A stretch of DNA of 58,035 nucleotides, the filler included, from Sluysia triapertura (lineage: Eukaryota): NCBI GenBank assembly GCA_046118255.1. It is 4 parts of 4 records of this genome, joined end to end, with 100 filler letters (N's around TTAATTAATTAA, not from the genome) between each part and the next. Parts side by side here need not be neighbours in the genome. Positions count along the whole stretch, not along the records: positions 27,404 to 41,087 come from JBJNIA010025396.1; positions 41,188 to 58,035 come from JBJNIA010197152.1; 2 more parts are not named here. One strand, 5' to 3'. Under the pieces are notes generated by a model that saw only the letters and a list, made by a program, of their open reading frames with translations, searched no databases and was not told where the DNA came from. The first letter of the stretch is position 1. Every line of letters begins with the position of its first letter. Of this stretch, positions 39,730-50,882 are shown piece after piece. The translations under genes and the position numbers were made by a program.

Positions 39730-41087
39730 TTTAGTTGACTAACACAGGCTTCAGACTGAATTCATGTTTAGTGTGTCTCAGTGAGTTGTTTGAACACTTC
39801 ACGACCGAGTTCGGGTGCTTCATTCTTTACTGAATAGATTTTAATAGCATTCCATTTCTTCGATGTTAAAGTTTGTTTAGGGTGTTTTCGAATTTAGGTA
39901 ATGATGCTAAATTATTATTATTTCTATTTGAAAATAACAATTTTAAAATCCCTAATATTATTTCTTTGTTTAGGTATATTATCGGTTTGAACCTAAAATA
40001 GCTATGAGATAATACTTTAATTTGACTTATTGAATTGTAAATTCTAACTCTTATTATTAGGTTACTGAGGGCAACATAAATTATCATATCTTTTTTGTTT
40101 CGAAAATTTTTGTCTTTATATAAACATTTATTAATTAAAGATTTATTGAACACAGAAACTAGTATTTATTGACATGTTATAAATTTTAAAAAGATCGTTA
40201 CTAAATTTTGGAATTACATGAACAATTCTATTATTTATCAATATCCTTCGCACTGCACCTGGAACATAATTTGATAATAAAGTCTGGTGTAGAGAATTCT
40301 TCATGATGTTCTGTAGGAATTTTTCAAACATAAATCCGCTTTTGACTGAATAGATTCTATTGATGTTGAGACATTTAGTTATTGGATAAATCTGCGACTC
40401 AATTTTGGATATCATTGCTATCGTATTTAAATGAGATACGTTGACGAGATTATTCTTATGATGAGACAAAAAATTCGAATTATCCGGTTCATTATTTTCT
40501 ATTTCTTCGCGAAAAATTAATTTGGAATCCCATCTCACACGGATTCTAATTGAAAACTCAAGTAAATCCCGTACAATTTTGGCATGATCATGATTAAAAG
40601 GCATAATAACTTCAGGTATTACTTCAAATAGCTCTAATAATTGAACGATGTATTTCGTAATTCTAAATAAATTATTGGGAATTTCGGATAAACAATCCGG
40701 TTGACATCTTCGATTTATCCGTGAATAATGATATCTTAGCGAGACCCACGGTGATTCATAAAGCCAAATATCGTTTAGCTTTAGTTCATTTTGTATTTGG
40801 ATTGATGAAGTATCATATACGTCTCATACATATTCTAGGATTGGTGAATTTAAATAAACTGTCACCTCTTGACACGGTTTAACCATTCTGTCCTCTTTAT
40901 ATTCTAAACACGGTTTCAGTTTAATGTTGAATCTAGACTCAGAGCTTACTATATTTACTGAATTGTTATCTCTTATATGAGCTTTTTCGATTTCTTCAAA
41001 AGTTACTTTTACTTGACAAGAAACATTACTTTGAACAGATGTTGGTAAAATTAACTGACATAAAGGTAAATTTGTAAAAGAGCTTTT
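39730..41087 (-). pseudogene. Unknown ~450 aa coding region downstream of env
   Basis: One frame runs from the gap edge (KSSFTNLPLCQLILPT...) with a single stop into ORF 40143-40604, then frameshifts into ORF 39866-40153 and beyond. No recognisable motif. Confidence 0.65.
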
Positions 41088-41187
41088 NNNNNNNNNNNNN
41101 NNNNNNNNNNNNNNNNNNNNNNNNNNNNNNNTTAATTAATTAANNNNNNNNNNNNNNNNNNNNNNNNNNNNNNNNNNNNNNNNNNNN
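41088..41187. other. Assembly gap with artificial linker (interrupts env after its TM helix)
   Basis: N-run with TTAATTAATTAA at 41132-41143. Confidence 0.95.
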
Positions 41188-42873
41188 ATATTATTAACGC
41201 TATTACTTTAATAATTATGTAAATACCAATTAATCCTGAGAAAGCTTGACCTAAAATTAGAAAATTACGCCAAATATGTTTTAATGTATTTTGTGCAGCT
41301 TTCTTGAAGTGATCCTGACCTAACAATAATTCGAAATTTATTCTTTTGTCTTTTTCTATTGTTGCTAACTTTGATCTTTTTATAGGGAACAATATTTCTC
41401 GCCATGCTGCTTGTATATTTTCATTTGTATACATATCTGAGTGAGGTATATTTTTCGTTGCCAAGAATTTCAATTTTCCCTTTAACTCTGTTAATCCTAT
41501 AATTTCTGGTACCTTAACTTGTGTTCTGTGTGGTAATGAAATCCATAAATTTTCATCTATTCTGTACTCCGGAGCCATTACATTCGAGCAATGCATCACC
41601 TTTGGTTTAATTTTATCACTAGGAAATATTACCCTTGTTACTGGTTCTAGACAAGTCTCTATTTTTCCGTATATTATTGGTAATTCATTTGTGCATTCAG
41701 TTGCTGGTCTTAGTTGGACTTCTACTTTCTTGCATTTGTAAGTGTATAACACTTCTCCCATTAATCTGCCAAATACACCTTCTTCTAATGGTAATAATGG
41801 TGCAACCAAATCAGGATTTGTTATGGCCACTGCTAGTTTTATGCGTAATATTTCTTTATTCAGTTGGCAGTCTCGAGCGATCATAATTTGATAAATTTGA
41901 TAAATCTATTCCCTTTTTGGCTTGTAATATTGTTTTCTCAGATAAGTAAATGCCTTGGTAATTAGTTTCTATGACTTATTTTCCGCATCTTATTATTGTT
42001 CCTTTTGATATGAAAATCAATCCGTCTTCTTCTCTACTGGCCATCATAATGGTAGGAGTTTCTATTTGCTCTAATGTTTTATGTTGTACTCGTTCCTTTT
42101 TATTTATTTCTTCAATTGGTAAATCATCATTATTCTGATAAACAAATCAGGATACTAAATTAAATTTTATTTGTTTTAAAAATATTAAAGGACACTTATC
42201 TAATTCGTATTAGAATGGATTCACCTGTATCGCAACTTGTTTGATCCATTCTACAAAATGATCTAGACATCATTGTTCCTTTTTCAATATCAAAACTTTC
42301 ATTGAAAGATTTCAAACTTACTACAAAAGTTTCTTGAGCTACAACATTGTGATATATTTTTCCTTCGTATTCTATAGATCCTTGTTCGCACGTTCCATCT
42401 GTTAATACATTTCCCGCAGTTCTAATGTTGTAGATAATTTTCTCATTATTTCTTACTCTTAGTTTGTCTCCTTTGACTAATCCTATGTATCCAGTTTCGA
42501 AAGCATCTCTACAATTATTCGGTAAAATTCTAAATGGTTTTAATACGTGTGGTAACTCTATTATCGATGAATGACTATGATGACCACAATACCATATTGC
42601 CACTGATCTTTTAACCATACATTCTCTAACCAGGGCTCTTATTAGATTTCCTTCTTGGTATACGCTGAAGACTTTAGTTTCTTTTATCTGATTTCTAGAT
42701 TCCGGGCAGTCTTCTGTATCCAATAATGAAAATTTTCTGCCAACTTGTGGTTGATTACATTCAAACGCCTTTATTGCACCAGATTTATTTATACTGAACA
42801 TAGCCAACAATATTATTAAGAAAAACGTATTGTTCGTTGAGTTTCTTAATCGTGGTATAGCTGTATTTGACAT
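41188..42873 (-). pseudogene. env: Envelope glycoprotein related to Chuviridae/jingchuviral G (class III fusion-protein lineage), disrupted
   Basis: Signal peptide FFLIILLAMF, then AFEC..(K)FSLLDTEDC, ECMVKRS..IWYCGHHSH, DGTCEQG, CDTGE, RCG..VIETN, DC.LNK......A.TNPD......G.FGRLMGEVLYTYKC..VEV.LR...ECTNELP, C....P.Y and a C-terminal TM GQAFSGLIGIYIIIK. Cysteine spacing matches chuviral glycoproteins. Contains frameshifts, stops and an internal deletion. Confidence 0.85.
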
Positions 42874-42943
42874 AATATGTTTCCGAATAAGTTTGTAAAT
42901 AAACTTGATGTTTCTTCGAATTTTTGATTCTCTTTTCCTTTAA

Positions 42944-44406
42944 TTATATTTCTCCATTCTCCTTGTTCTTCAGTCCATAACTTTGTTTTCTTATTAACGA
43001 ATTCTTATCCTTATTACATTGAAACAAGGTATACGCTAAAATTATTTTAAACCTTTCTCTATTTATCCCCTTACTAAGTTGTTTATTAATAATTGATTTA
43101 TATTGCCCATTTTCTATGAAATCGCTAACATCTTTTTCCATATATTTTTCTTCTAATTGTTTTATAAGTTTTACTATCGTATTTTTATAGTCCTTTAGTT
43201 TAGGTAACAATTTTTTATACTTACTGAAGTTTGTAAATGTATTAGATAAAAACGCATAAACTATGTTTTTGTATCCAATTCTAATAATTCTTCTGCATTT
43301 TCATCTAATATCTTTGTCAAATCTATAATAGTTCTTTTAACGGGATTAGTCGTTATTAGTACACCTTCTTCATTTTTTCTTGACCGACTGGGCCGTCTTT
43401 TAATTGTATTTGTTTTCGTGTCACTCATTTCAATACGTGGATTTTTATTAAGGTCCACTATATAATCAGGTTCTTCTAATGTGCCATTGTTTTTAGCTAT
43501 TTCATTATCGTTATTTTTTGTCATTTCATTACCATTTTCATCCATTGATTGTCTTAAGAATGACTGGGCATTTTCATTTACTTCATCCTCTGATATATAT
43601 ATTTTCAAATAAATTTTCGTATTCGACAATTTTATTAGTTTTATTAACAGCCTTTATTATTTTCTCGTGGTTTTCTAATGGATAACCATAATCGTTAAGA
43701 AAATCTGTCGGTATTAAATATCTATTAAATGTCTACATTCAAAATTGATGGGTTATTCGATTTTATTATGTTAATAATATCTTGAACCAAAGAGATTACA
43801 ATAATTCCATGAAAATATTGATAAGTCCATTTAGTGAGATGTTAATTTTCATTGACATTAGTGGATCTATTTTTCTTTCCATTAACGCATTCTTTTTTAA
43901 TAATTTTCTTGTTTTATATTGGTGAGGATTGTTAGCTTCGCTTAATATAACCAAACTCGGTTTGATGCTCTGCGCATTGAACATGTTAAGTCTAGATTCA
44001 AAATTTTATCCAAGTTTCTATCGATATCATCATCATTTTCTAATTTTGTAAGGAACGCCTTTGTTTTTTCAATCAATGATGGTTCGGGAGTGTCTATTTT
44101 TCTCTGGTTATCACGGTCAACTATTTGTTCTTCCTCTTCATTACCTAATATAATCATTGAATCTAAATCCTCAATTATATCATTAATTAAATCATCTTCA
44201 TTAATTGATTCCTCCGTTTGGGTGGTTAATTCTTCTTCGTTTATTATATTATTATCTTTTTCCCATCTACTAATAATTGCTTCGACCTTTTTCTTTTCTT
44301 CTATTTCCTGTGGGGTTAGTTTCTGTTGTTCCTTTACTACTTTCACTATTTTCTTTTTATCCTCATTTTCAAATTTTCCGAAAAAAGTAATTAATGAATG
44401 TTTCAT
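42944..44406 (-). pseudogene. Acidic/charged linker coding region between gag and env (unknown function)
   Basis: Abutting or overlapping ORFs 43942-44406, 43796-43984, 43261-43629 and 42944-43210. Glu/Asp/Asn-rich, with no DTG/DSG, YxDD or DDE motifs. Confidence 0.6.
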
Positions 44407-45693
44407 ATTCGTCTTCTTGTTCTATCTTTGTTTTTCTCCTTTCTTCATACATATCCATACTATCTAGCTTTGCTCTACGAAACTCGCGCAATATTTCTTC
44501 TTCTTCTTCATCTGTTAGTCTTCTTTGATATTTTTCATTACCAAAATCTCCGTAATCTTCATCGTAATTGCAATTGATTTGTCCTTTGTCTTCAAATTTT
44601 ACTCTTCTTGGAGAGTTTTGTCTGTTTTTATTAAAGTTTTGTTTGAAAGTTTCGGATTTCAATTTGTTGCAATTGCGAGCATAGTGTCTTGATTTATTAC
44701 AATGATGGCATATTAATTCTCCCTCAGTATTAGTTCTTGTTTTGTAATTGTTATAATTTGACCGGGATGGACTTTTGTTTCTATCGAAATTATTTCTTTG
44801 TCCATCTGGGAGACAGTCGTTGCTCGTAATCTCTGGAACCATTGTTCGAATAACTTCTGGCGAATCCTCTTTTAGTACTTCTTGCATTTTTATAATTTCT
44901 GTCTGAATTTTGATAACCTTTGCTTGAATTATGGTAATTTTTTCCTTGATTCTAATAATTATTCCTTGAATTATAGCTATTTAAACTTCTTTATTTTCAT
45001 GAGATTTATTTGTTTCAAAATCACTATCTTCGAAGTAATCTCTAGGTTTATTTTTAGGTGATTCACTTCTTAGACTAACAGTCTTAACCTTATCTATATA
45101 ATTTATATTACCTTTTCTTTGTCGTGATTTTTCGGTTTCTTTTTGTGATCTTTCAATACCCTTTAAAGTCTTTACTACTTCCTTAAACGGTTTATTATCT
45201 ATTAAACTTACAAATACTTGCAATTCTGGTCTTAAATCATTATTAAGTTTATCTATTAACATTGCTTCTTTCTTATCATTAGGTATTTTGGCTCTTACTA
45301 CTAAACATTTTAACGCGCATGCGAATTCGTAAACAGTTTCATCTTCTCTTTGTTTACTAGTATTTAACATTCTAAGATGATATTTACCTATGTCATCTAA
45401 AGCAATTTCTTCTGTTAATGCATTTAAAAATGTAGTTCAATCTTGTTTTTCTCTGTTTCAATTTCTTTGTATGTTTGAATAGCGATGCCTGTCAAGTAAT
45501 TTTGGATTCTTTTAATTTTATCTATTTCTGACCAGCCGTTGACCTCTGCAACGCAGTCATATTCATAAAGAAAATTACATAATTCTTCTTCATTTCCACT
45601 AAACTTACACATTTCTGGGAGAATAACTGCGGCTTTCATATTTACTGATAAATGCTTAATACAATCTCTTAAATCTTCTAATATTTGCTCCAT
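44369..45693 (-). pseudogene. gag: Gypsy-type Gag with CCHC zinc knuckle, frameshifted
   Basis: KFSGNEEEL..FL..YD..AE.NGWS...K...I..YL.G.A (capsid N-domain), KQREDETVYEFA..L..L (major-homology-like region), L.PELQ and CHHCNKSRHYARNC (C-x2-C-x4-H-x4-C). Confidence 0.9.
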
Positions 45694-45881
45694 ATTTGAT
45701 TTATTTTGCTTAGTTTTTCTAATTTTACTTATTTTAATATTTTGTTAAGAATTAACTCTGCGTAATCCGATTCTATTTTCCTTATCGTATAGATCAATCC
45801 TTAAAACTACAAAGATCCAACAATAAAATGAAATTCAACTAACTTAGTTTACTTAAAACTTATATTCAATGCTTCAAAGTG

Positions 45882-45899
45882 GTCCCAATTCGGGCGCCA
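45882..45899 (-). promoter_or_regulatory. Primer-binding site complementary to tRNA-Lys 3' end
   Basis: Minus strand TGGCGCCCGAATTGGGAC versus the canonical tRNA-Lys(UUU) PBS TGGCGCCCGAACAGGGAC (16/18), located 6 nt from the LTR end. Confidence 0.85.
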
Positions 45900-45905
45900 A
45901 ATAAT

Positions 45906-47094
45906 TGTTCACTTTCTAGCCTGGAACAATTATAAAAATTTACATTAAAATGAGTCCACCTGTATAACACGATTTATATTAGCCGGACGTGTTCACAGGG
46001 TTTAATCAACGTAAAATTTTGATGAATATGAGGGTCAATAGCTTTCCTAATTAAGTCTGCTATGAATAAAAATTTTGAGATTATTTTCTACAATATACTG
46101 ATTGGAATTATTTATATCGATTATATCTTTTACGTTTAGCTTCTTAATCCTATAAACGCCTTACTTCTATTTAATATGGCTTTTCGGTCGCTGAAACAAT
46201 TCAAATGTTCTCTAATACGATTTTATTAAATCAACTAATTCTACTCTAGCAATTGTAGCTTTATAATCTATTTCTTTTAAAAGATTTTAATAAACAAAAT
46301 TTTATTAATTAACAAACGAATATACAAAAGTATTTAACATAAAAGAACAAAATAAAACTATCAATAAATAATTATAATAAATGAATACACAATATAATGA
46401 GTTTGACCCAGGATTAATTCTTGGGTATTAAACGGAGTTAATTTTACGTAATGATTTTAATGCAGAGATTAACAATGCACCTACAAGAATTAGCTTGCTT
46501 ATGTTTGTAGATTGACTATTGAACGAATTCCGCAATATGATTCCCAATAAATACCACTTCCAATAATGAATGTCTTGATAGAATTTATAATGACAGCAAC
46601 CTCCAGATAATAATATTAATATTCCAGATAATAATATTCCAAAAATGAATATTCCTTGAATTATCCGCTTTACAATGTTTTTCCAAATGACTTTTCTATA
46701 TCATAAAAACGTTATTTATATACTGATTCCAATTATGTACTTTTCGTTTTATTTATTCTTAGTCGTCAATCACAAACAGGAATAAGCGTTATTCATAGAT
46801 CGTTTTATTATAAACATTTAAATTTCATAATTAACAGTTTAAAATAAACATTTAAGTTTCATAATTAACGATTTAAATCTCATAATTATTAATTAGTTTC
46901 CTAAAAATTTTTAATTTCATAATTAACAATTTAAATTTCATAATTAATTAATTTTCTAAATTTTTTAATACAAATATTATAATATGCATAATACTGTAAT
47001 AAAATGTGATATAATATTCAAAAATATTTATAATTGTTATATGCAACACAATAAAAACGCCATGTTCATAACACAAATAATATTTACAGGAACA
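45906..47094 (-). repeat. 5' LTR of the gag-env element
   Basis: Ends ...GAACA on the minus strand next to the PBS. A homologous copy starts at the same TGTTCA boundary at 57553. The distal end (46970-47094) is uncertain. Confidence 0.65.
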
Positions 47095-47169
47095 TTTTAA
47101 TATAATTTCAGATTTTTAAAAAATATGGTTTTTGAAAAAATGCCTTGGAACACATATATCCCTGCAGCG

Positions 47170-47400
47170 CTTTAAAAGCGAATACTTTTCGCACCAGTAA
47201 TTTCTGAACATTCTCTGGGATTTACATATCCGCGCAGCATTGAAGGTAAATATAATATAACATTACAGTTAGAAAAATTTTCAAAATTATTTATTGTGGT
47301 ATCGTATGAGGTACTTTTAATATGTTTATGTTTTAAAGATACAAGTGAATACAAAGAAATAAAAAAATCGTGAAGAATCAAGTATCAAAAATTCCTACTG
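47170..47400 (-). mobile_element. Possible hAT transposase dimerisation-domain remnant
   Basis: F.NFS....LYLP...RMFR resembles FP.L..LA..YL.IP..S..ER.FS. A TAGGGCTG/CAGCCCTA inverted pair lies nearby at 48117-48193. Confidence 0.3.
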
Positions 47401-48841
47401 CCAAAATAAAAGTTTTATTATTTATAAAATTCTAAAGTTAAATAGCCAATTTTAATTCTAAAAAATTTCTCGATTTAGCATATCAATAGCGATTAAATCT
47501 GTCGATGATGAAATTTTGGATAATATGCTTGAAAAAGATAGTTCAATTAATTTTAAACAAGAAATAATTACTGAGATATAGCAAAGAATTCCTTAAAGAC
47601 ATTGAAGTTCAACATAAGAATATTTTAAAACTGGACTAATATTTGCAACAGTAACGCTGTTAAAATTAAGACTATTAAAACTACTATGTAATAGTCCTAT
47701 GCTTTAAATAACGACTGATTTAATGATTTTGTATAAATGATGATTTTAAGAACCCAATATTTTACGAATTGTCAAAGAAGCTCCCGATTAATTTAGTTAA
47801 CGTGTTCAGCTTTAGAAAGTATAAATGCAGTTTAATTAACCGGCAATATTATATTTTGGAATAGATTTTCACACTGTTTTCTTTTAAATAAAAACAGCAG
47901 TTAACATAATGAGGTCATATCGCATAGTCCATCAAAGTATTAAAAACAATAACAAATATGACAAAATAGTTCCCATTAGTTAGTATGAATGTCACTATAA
48001 TTCAATTTAATTTATAGTGAATTCTATAATTTAATTTTTTTTGTATTTTTGAAATTCGTCAGATAATGGGTTAATAACCAAACCATACATGTTATTTGAA
48101 ATATTTGGGTTTAAATTAGGGCTGGAACTTTGAAAGATTTTCCTGAACCGCTGCACCTAGAAAAATTTTACCGCTGAACAGGGAACAGCCCTACTCAATA
48201 AATAAACTCCCACAGAATTATTTAACAATAATGTATTATTCAATTAAACATAATACAATAAAAACAAGAATGAAATTACAACATAACGTTATAAATTTCG
48301 ATGGCTTTTTAATAAAATAAAGGTATAACCAGATGTATATATTATACTAAATATGCATATTACGTACTATATACGAACAACTATTATTCCAAAATGAGAC
48401 ATGTTTTGTATTATAAAACATTGACTACTCAATTAGAAATTTATTGTAAATATTCTATAATTTTATTTCAAAAAATACTCCAGAAGGACAATGAAAATTC
48501 ATGATTTTTATAACCATTATATTGTCATTTATTTATTGATCATGTTCATAAGATAAAATCAGGTTCACATAAACCGGTGCAGAAAATTTATCCGACACAT
48601 GTATTTCAAAATTAATATCTAAATAAGAATTGTGTAACTATACAAATTAATATAATTACAGAAAAACAAGAAACAGATAGCTGCTTATATTAATTACGCC
48701 ACCTTTTGAATGACCAATGTAACTTTTAAGTTTTGTAAACAGTTTAAATAAAGCTTGATAAAAATTCCCCGAATTAAATATTATTATCTATGTAGCTAAT
48801 TACACTGAATAACTATTAAAATAAATAATTAAAAACCATAT

Positions 48842-49199
48842 TTATTTATTTTTATCCCATTCTTTCAAACCATCTGGTAAAGTTGTATCTTCTTCCATTG
48901 ATCCTGTCTCTTTCACAATATCTTCATAAGTCATTTTTTCACCAAATGGACGTTTTCCTAAAATTAGTTCGAGATCTTCTCGTTCCAATGTTTCCTTTTC
49001 AAGCAATTTTAAGGCCAATTTCGACACCAATTCTTTCTTTTCTGTCAACAATTTCATTGTTCGCTCGTATGCTTCATCAACAATTTGTTTGGCTTCTTCA
49101 TCAATCAGTCGAGACGTTTTTTCTGAAAAAAGTTTCACTGTTCCTTCTTTGAAACTCAAATACTGAGTTGTTTTACTTAGACCCATTTGTTTTATCTGA

Positions 49200-49261
<62 letters not shown>

Positions 49262-50763
49262 CATTGTTATTATCACTATTGGTGTTTAAATTACAAAATA
49301 TGTGCAGTCTCATTTTCTTTTGCAATTGAAAAATGTTCTTTTCCTCGAACAGTACATTAAATTAGTTGTCATCTCATATTGTTCATTCAAAATGCCTTTA
49401 GTTGTAATTGGCGTGCAATAAATATATTTTTTTATCACAGAAATTTTGAAAATACATTTTTTGCATTTTCAAAATTACAATGAAATCATAAAATAATTTT
49501 CCACTCTTAAAATGTCATTCATTTTAAAATAAAATTATAGCAAAAAGTGCATTTAAAAATATCTTAAATATTTCAAAATAAACATTTTAAAAAGCCTAAA
49601 AACAAATAAAGAACTTAAAGACTAGATTCGAATTTGCCACAGTGAATAGATTAAAGTACTAACGGTAATATCGAAAGAATAGGCATAAGTAAATTAATTG
49701 ACCAAATAAATTACCCACATTGTCAGGATAATTATAGAAAGAATTAGTTATAGAACAGTTAACCATTATTATTGTAACATAATGCGGGACAGAGAACGCC
49801 CAATGTGAAAGAAGCTCAGGTAAAATTTACCTATGACAACTGATTCTGATGAATGCACATGAATACAGTTTAGTACACAGAAACACACGAATAAGATATA
49901 ATTGAATATTACAATATTCATATGATATTATGAATTATCTAATTTGGCACATTTTTCGTTACATATAAATGCGGAACATGAGGCTTTTTAATCTGGGACA
50001 AATTGCAAAGTTCCTCAATAACAAAATATTGATAGATAATGCAATAAATGGCAGTTCTTTCTATAGAGAAAACATAACACAAATTGTATAAATAATGTGT
50101 GATTAAGTTTATTCTTATTTGACTATACTTACCAATTCTATTAATTTATTAATTTATTCTGTAAATTATCACTGGAATTATTCTTACCAACTATTTATGC
50201 AATATGAAAAATCAACATAAGCTCTTTTACCAGAAGCAGAGCAGAAGGAAATAAAAATGGAATAAGTAAAAGTATTAATTTGTATTCTCATTCAATAATT
50301 ATAATTTAAACGATTCTTAGTTTTAGAAGTATTTTCAACCTATGAAAAGCTATTTTTAAGTTAAAAAATTTGAAATAATTATCCAGGTTTAATTTAAAAT
50401 TTGTAGTTACTTCGAATTTTTTTAAATACACTCATAATAACCTACTTGATGATAAGCCATATCAGTAACCTTCTGTAGATCATCAAGAGCTCCAGAACTG
50501 TAACATTGAAAAAACATCCATTCTGATACTCGTCCCCCTAGTACCATACAAATTCGATCAATGAAAAACTGTTTATTAGTAATCCAAACATCACGAGGTT
50601 GATACAATGCAAAACCTAAAGCTTCACCGCGCGGAATAATACTTACTTTCATTAAAGGATCACAATGTTCCAAAAACCAACCAACCACAGCATGACCGGC
50701 TTCATGATGTGCAATAGTGTTTTTTTCTTTTGAACTTATTACTTTCTTACGCTCCATTCCAAC
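48842..50763 (-). CDS. AFG3L2: m-AAA protease AFG3-like protein 2, last two exons (50763-50446, 49195-48842); 5' exons outside the window
   Basis: HEAGH zinc motif, KVSIIPRG..LG.A.Y.P, LGGRVSE, SSGA.DDL.KVT and C-terminal LG.RPF.EK.TYE....TGS..EDT.LP.GLK.W. Canonical CAG|...|GTAGG and TTCAG| junctions are in frame. Confidence 0.92.
49199..49280. repeat. (ATT)n microsatellite directly at the AFG3L2 3' splice site
   Basis: Direct inspection. Reads (AAT)n-TTCAG on the transcript strand. Confidence 0.95.
49560..49900 (+). mobile_element. Possible Penelope-like 3' remnant with degenerate hammerhead core
   Basis: FKINILK...RFE....RLK-like GIY-YIG tail, followed by CTGATGA(49846)...GAAAC(49880). 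Confidence 0.3.
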
Positions 50764-50882
50764 CTGAAATTGTAAAATAATATTTGTAATTTTTACTTTT
50801 AAAATCGCTTTTACATCATGAGTAAGAATTGAAATTTAATTTATTATTTTAAGTTAAATTAATGCATTAATACCGGAAATGA

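Larger units (their letters stand above)
39730..47094 (-). mobile_element. LTR retroelement / endogenous virus-like element: LTR-PBS-gag-linker-chuvirus-like env-unknown ORF, no pol
   Basis: See component features. No 3' LTR or PPT was found, and the outer LTR boundary is approximate. Confidence 0.8.

Noticed and set aside
39400-39730. Expected 3' LTR/PPT of the gag-env element
   Set aside because: No similarity to the 5' LTR was seen here. The element appears 3'-truncated, so no TSD or LTR-based age can be given.
41132-41143. TTAATTAATTAA palindrome inside all three N-gaps, and the env ORF apparently ending ...LIN*
   Set aside because: An identical six-frame-stop linker in every gap is an assembly artefact. 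The true env C-terminus and the gap length are unknown.
44090-44467. Plus-strand ORFs overlapping coding regions (44090-44467, 41635-41886, 37878-38114, 48883-49152)
   Set aside because: Antisense shadows of real minus-strand coding sequence.
48117-48193. 77-bp segment bounded by TAGGGCTG/CAGCCCTA
   Set aside because: hAT-like ends, but no 8-bp TSD and no second copy in the window. Not called as an element.
49196-49276. Poly-Ile N-terminus of ORF 48842-49276 (likewise poly-Ile/Tyr ORFs at 56098-56352)
   Set aside because: Intronic (AAT)n read-through. The real exon starts at 49195.
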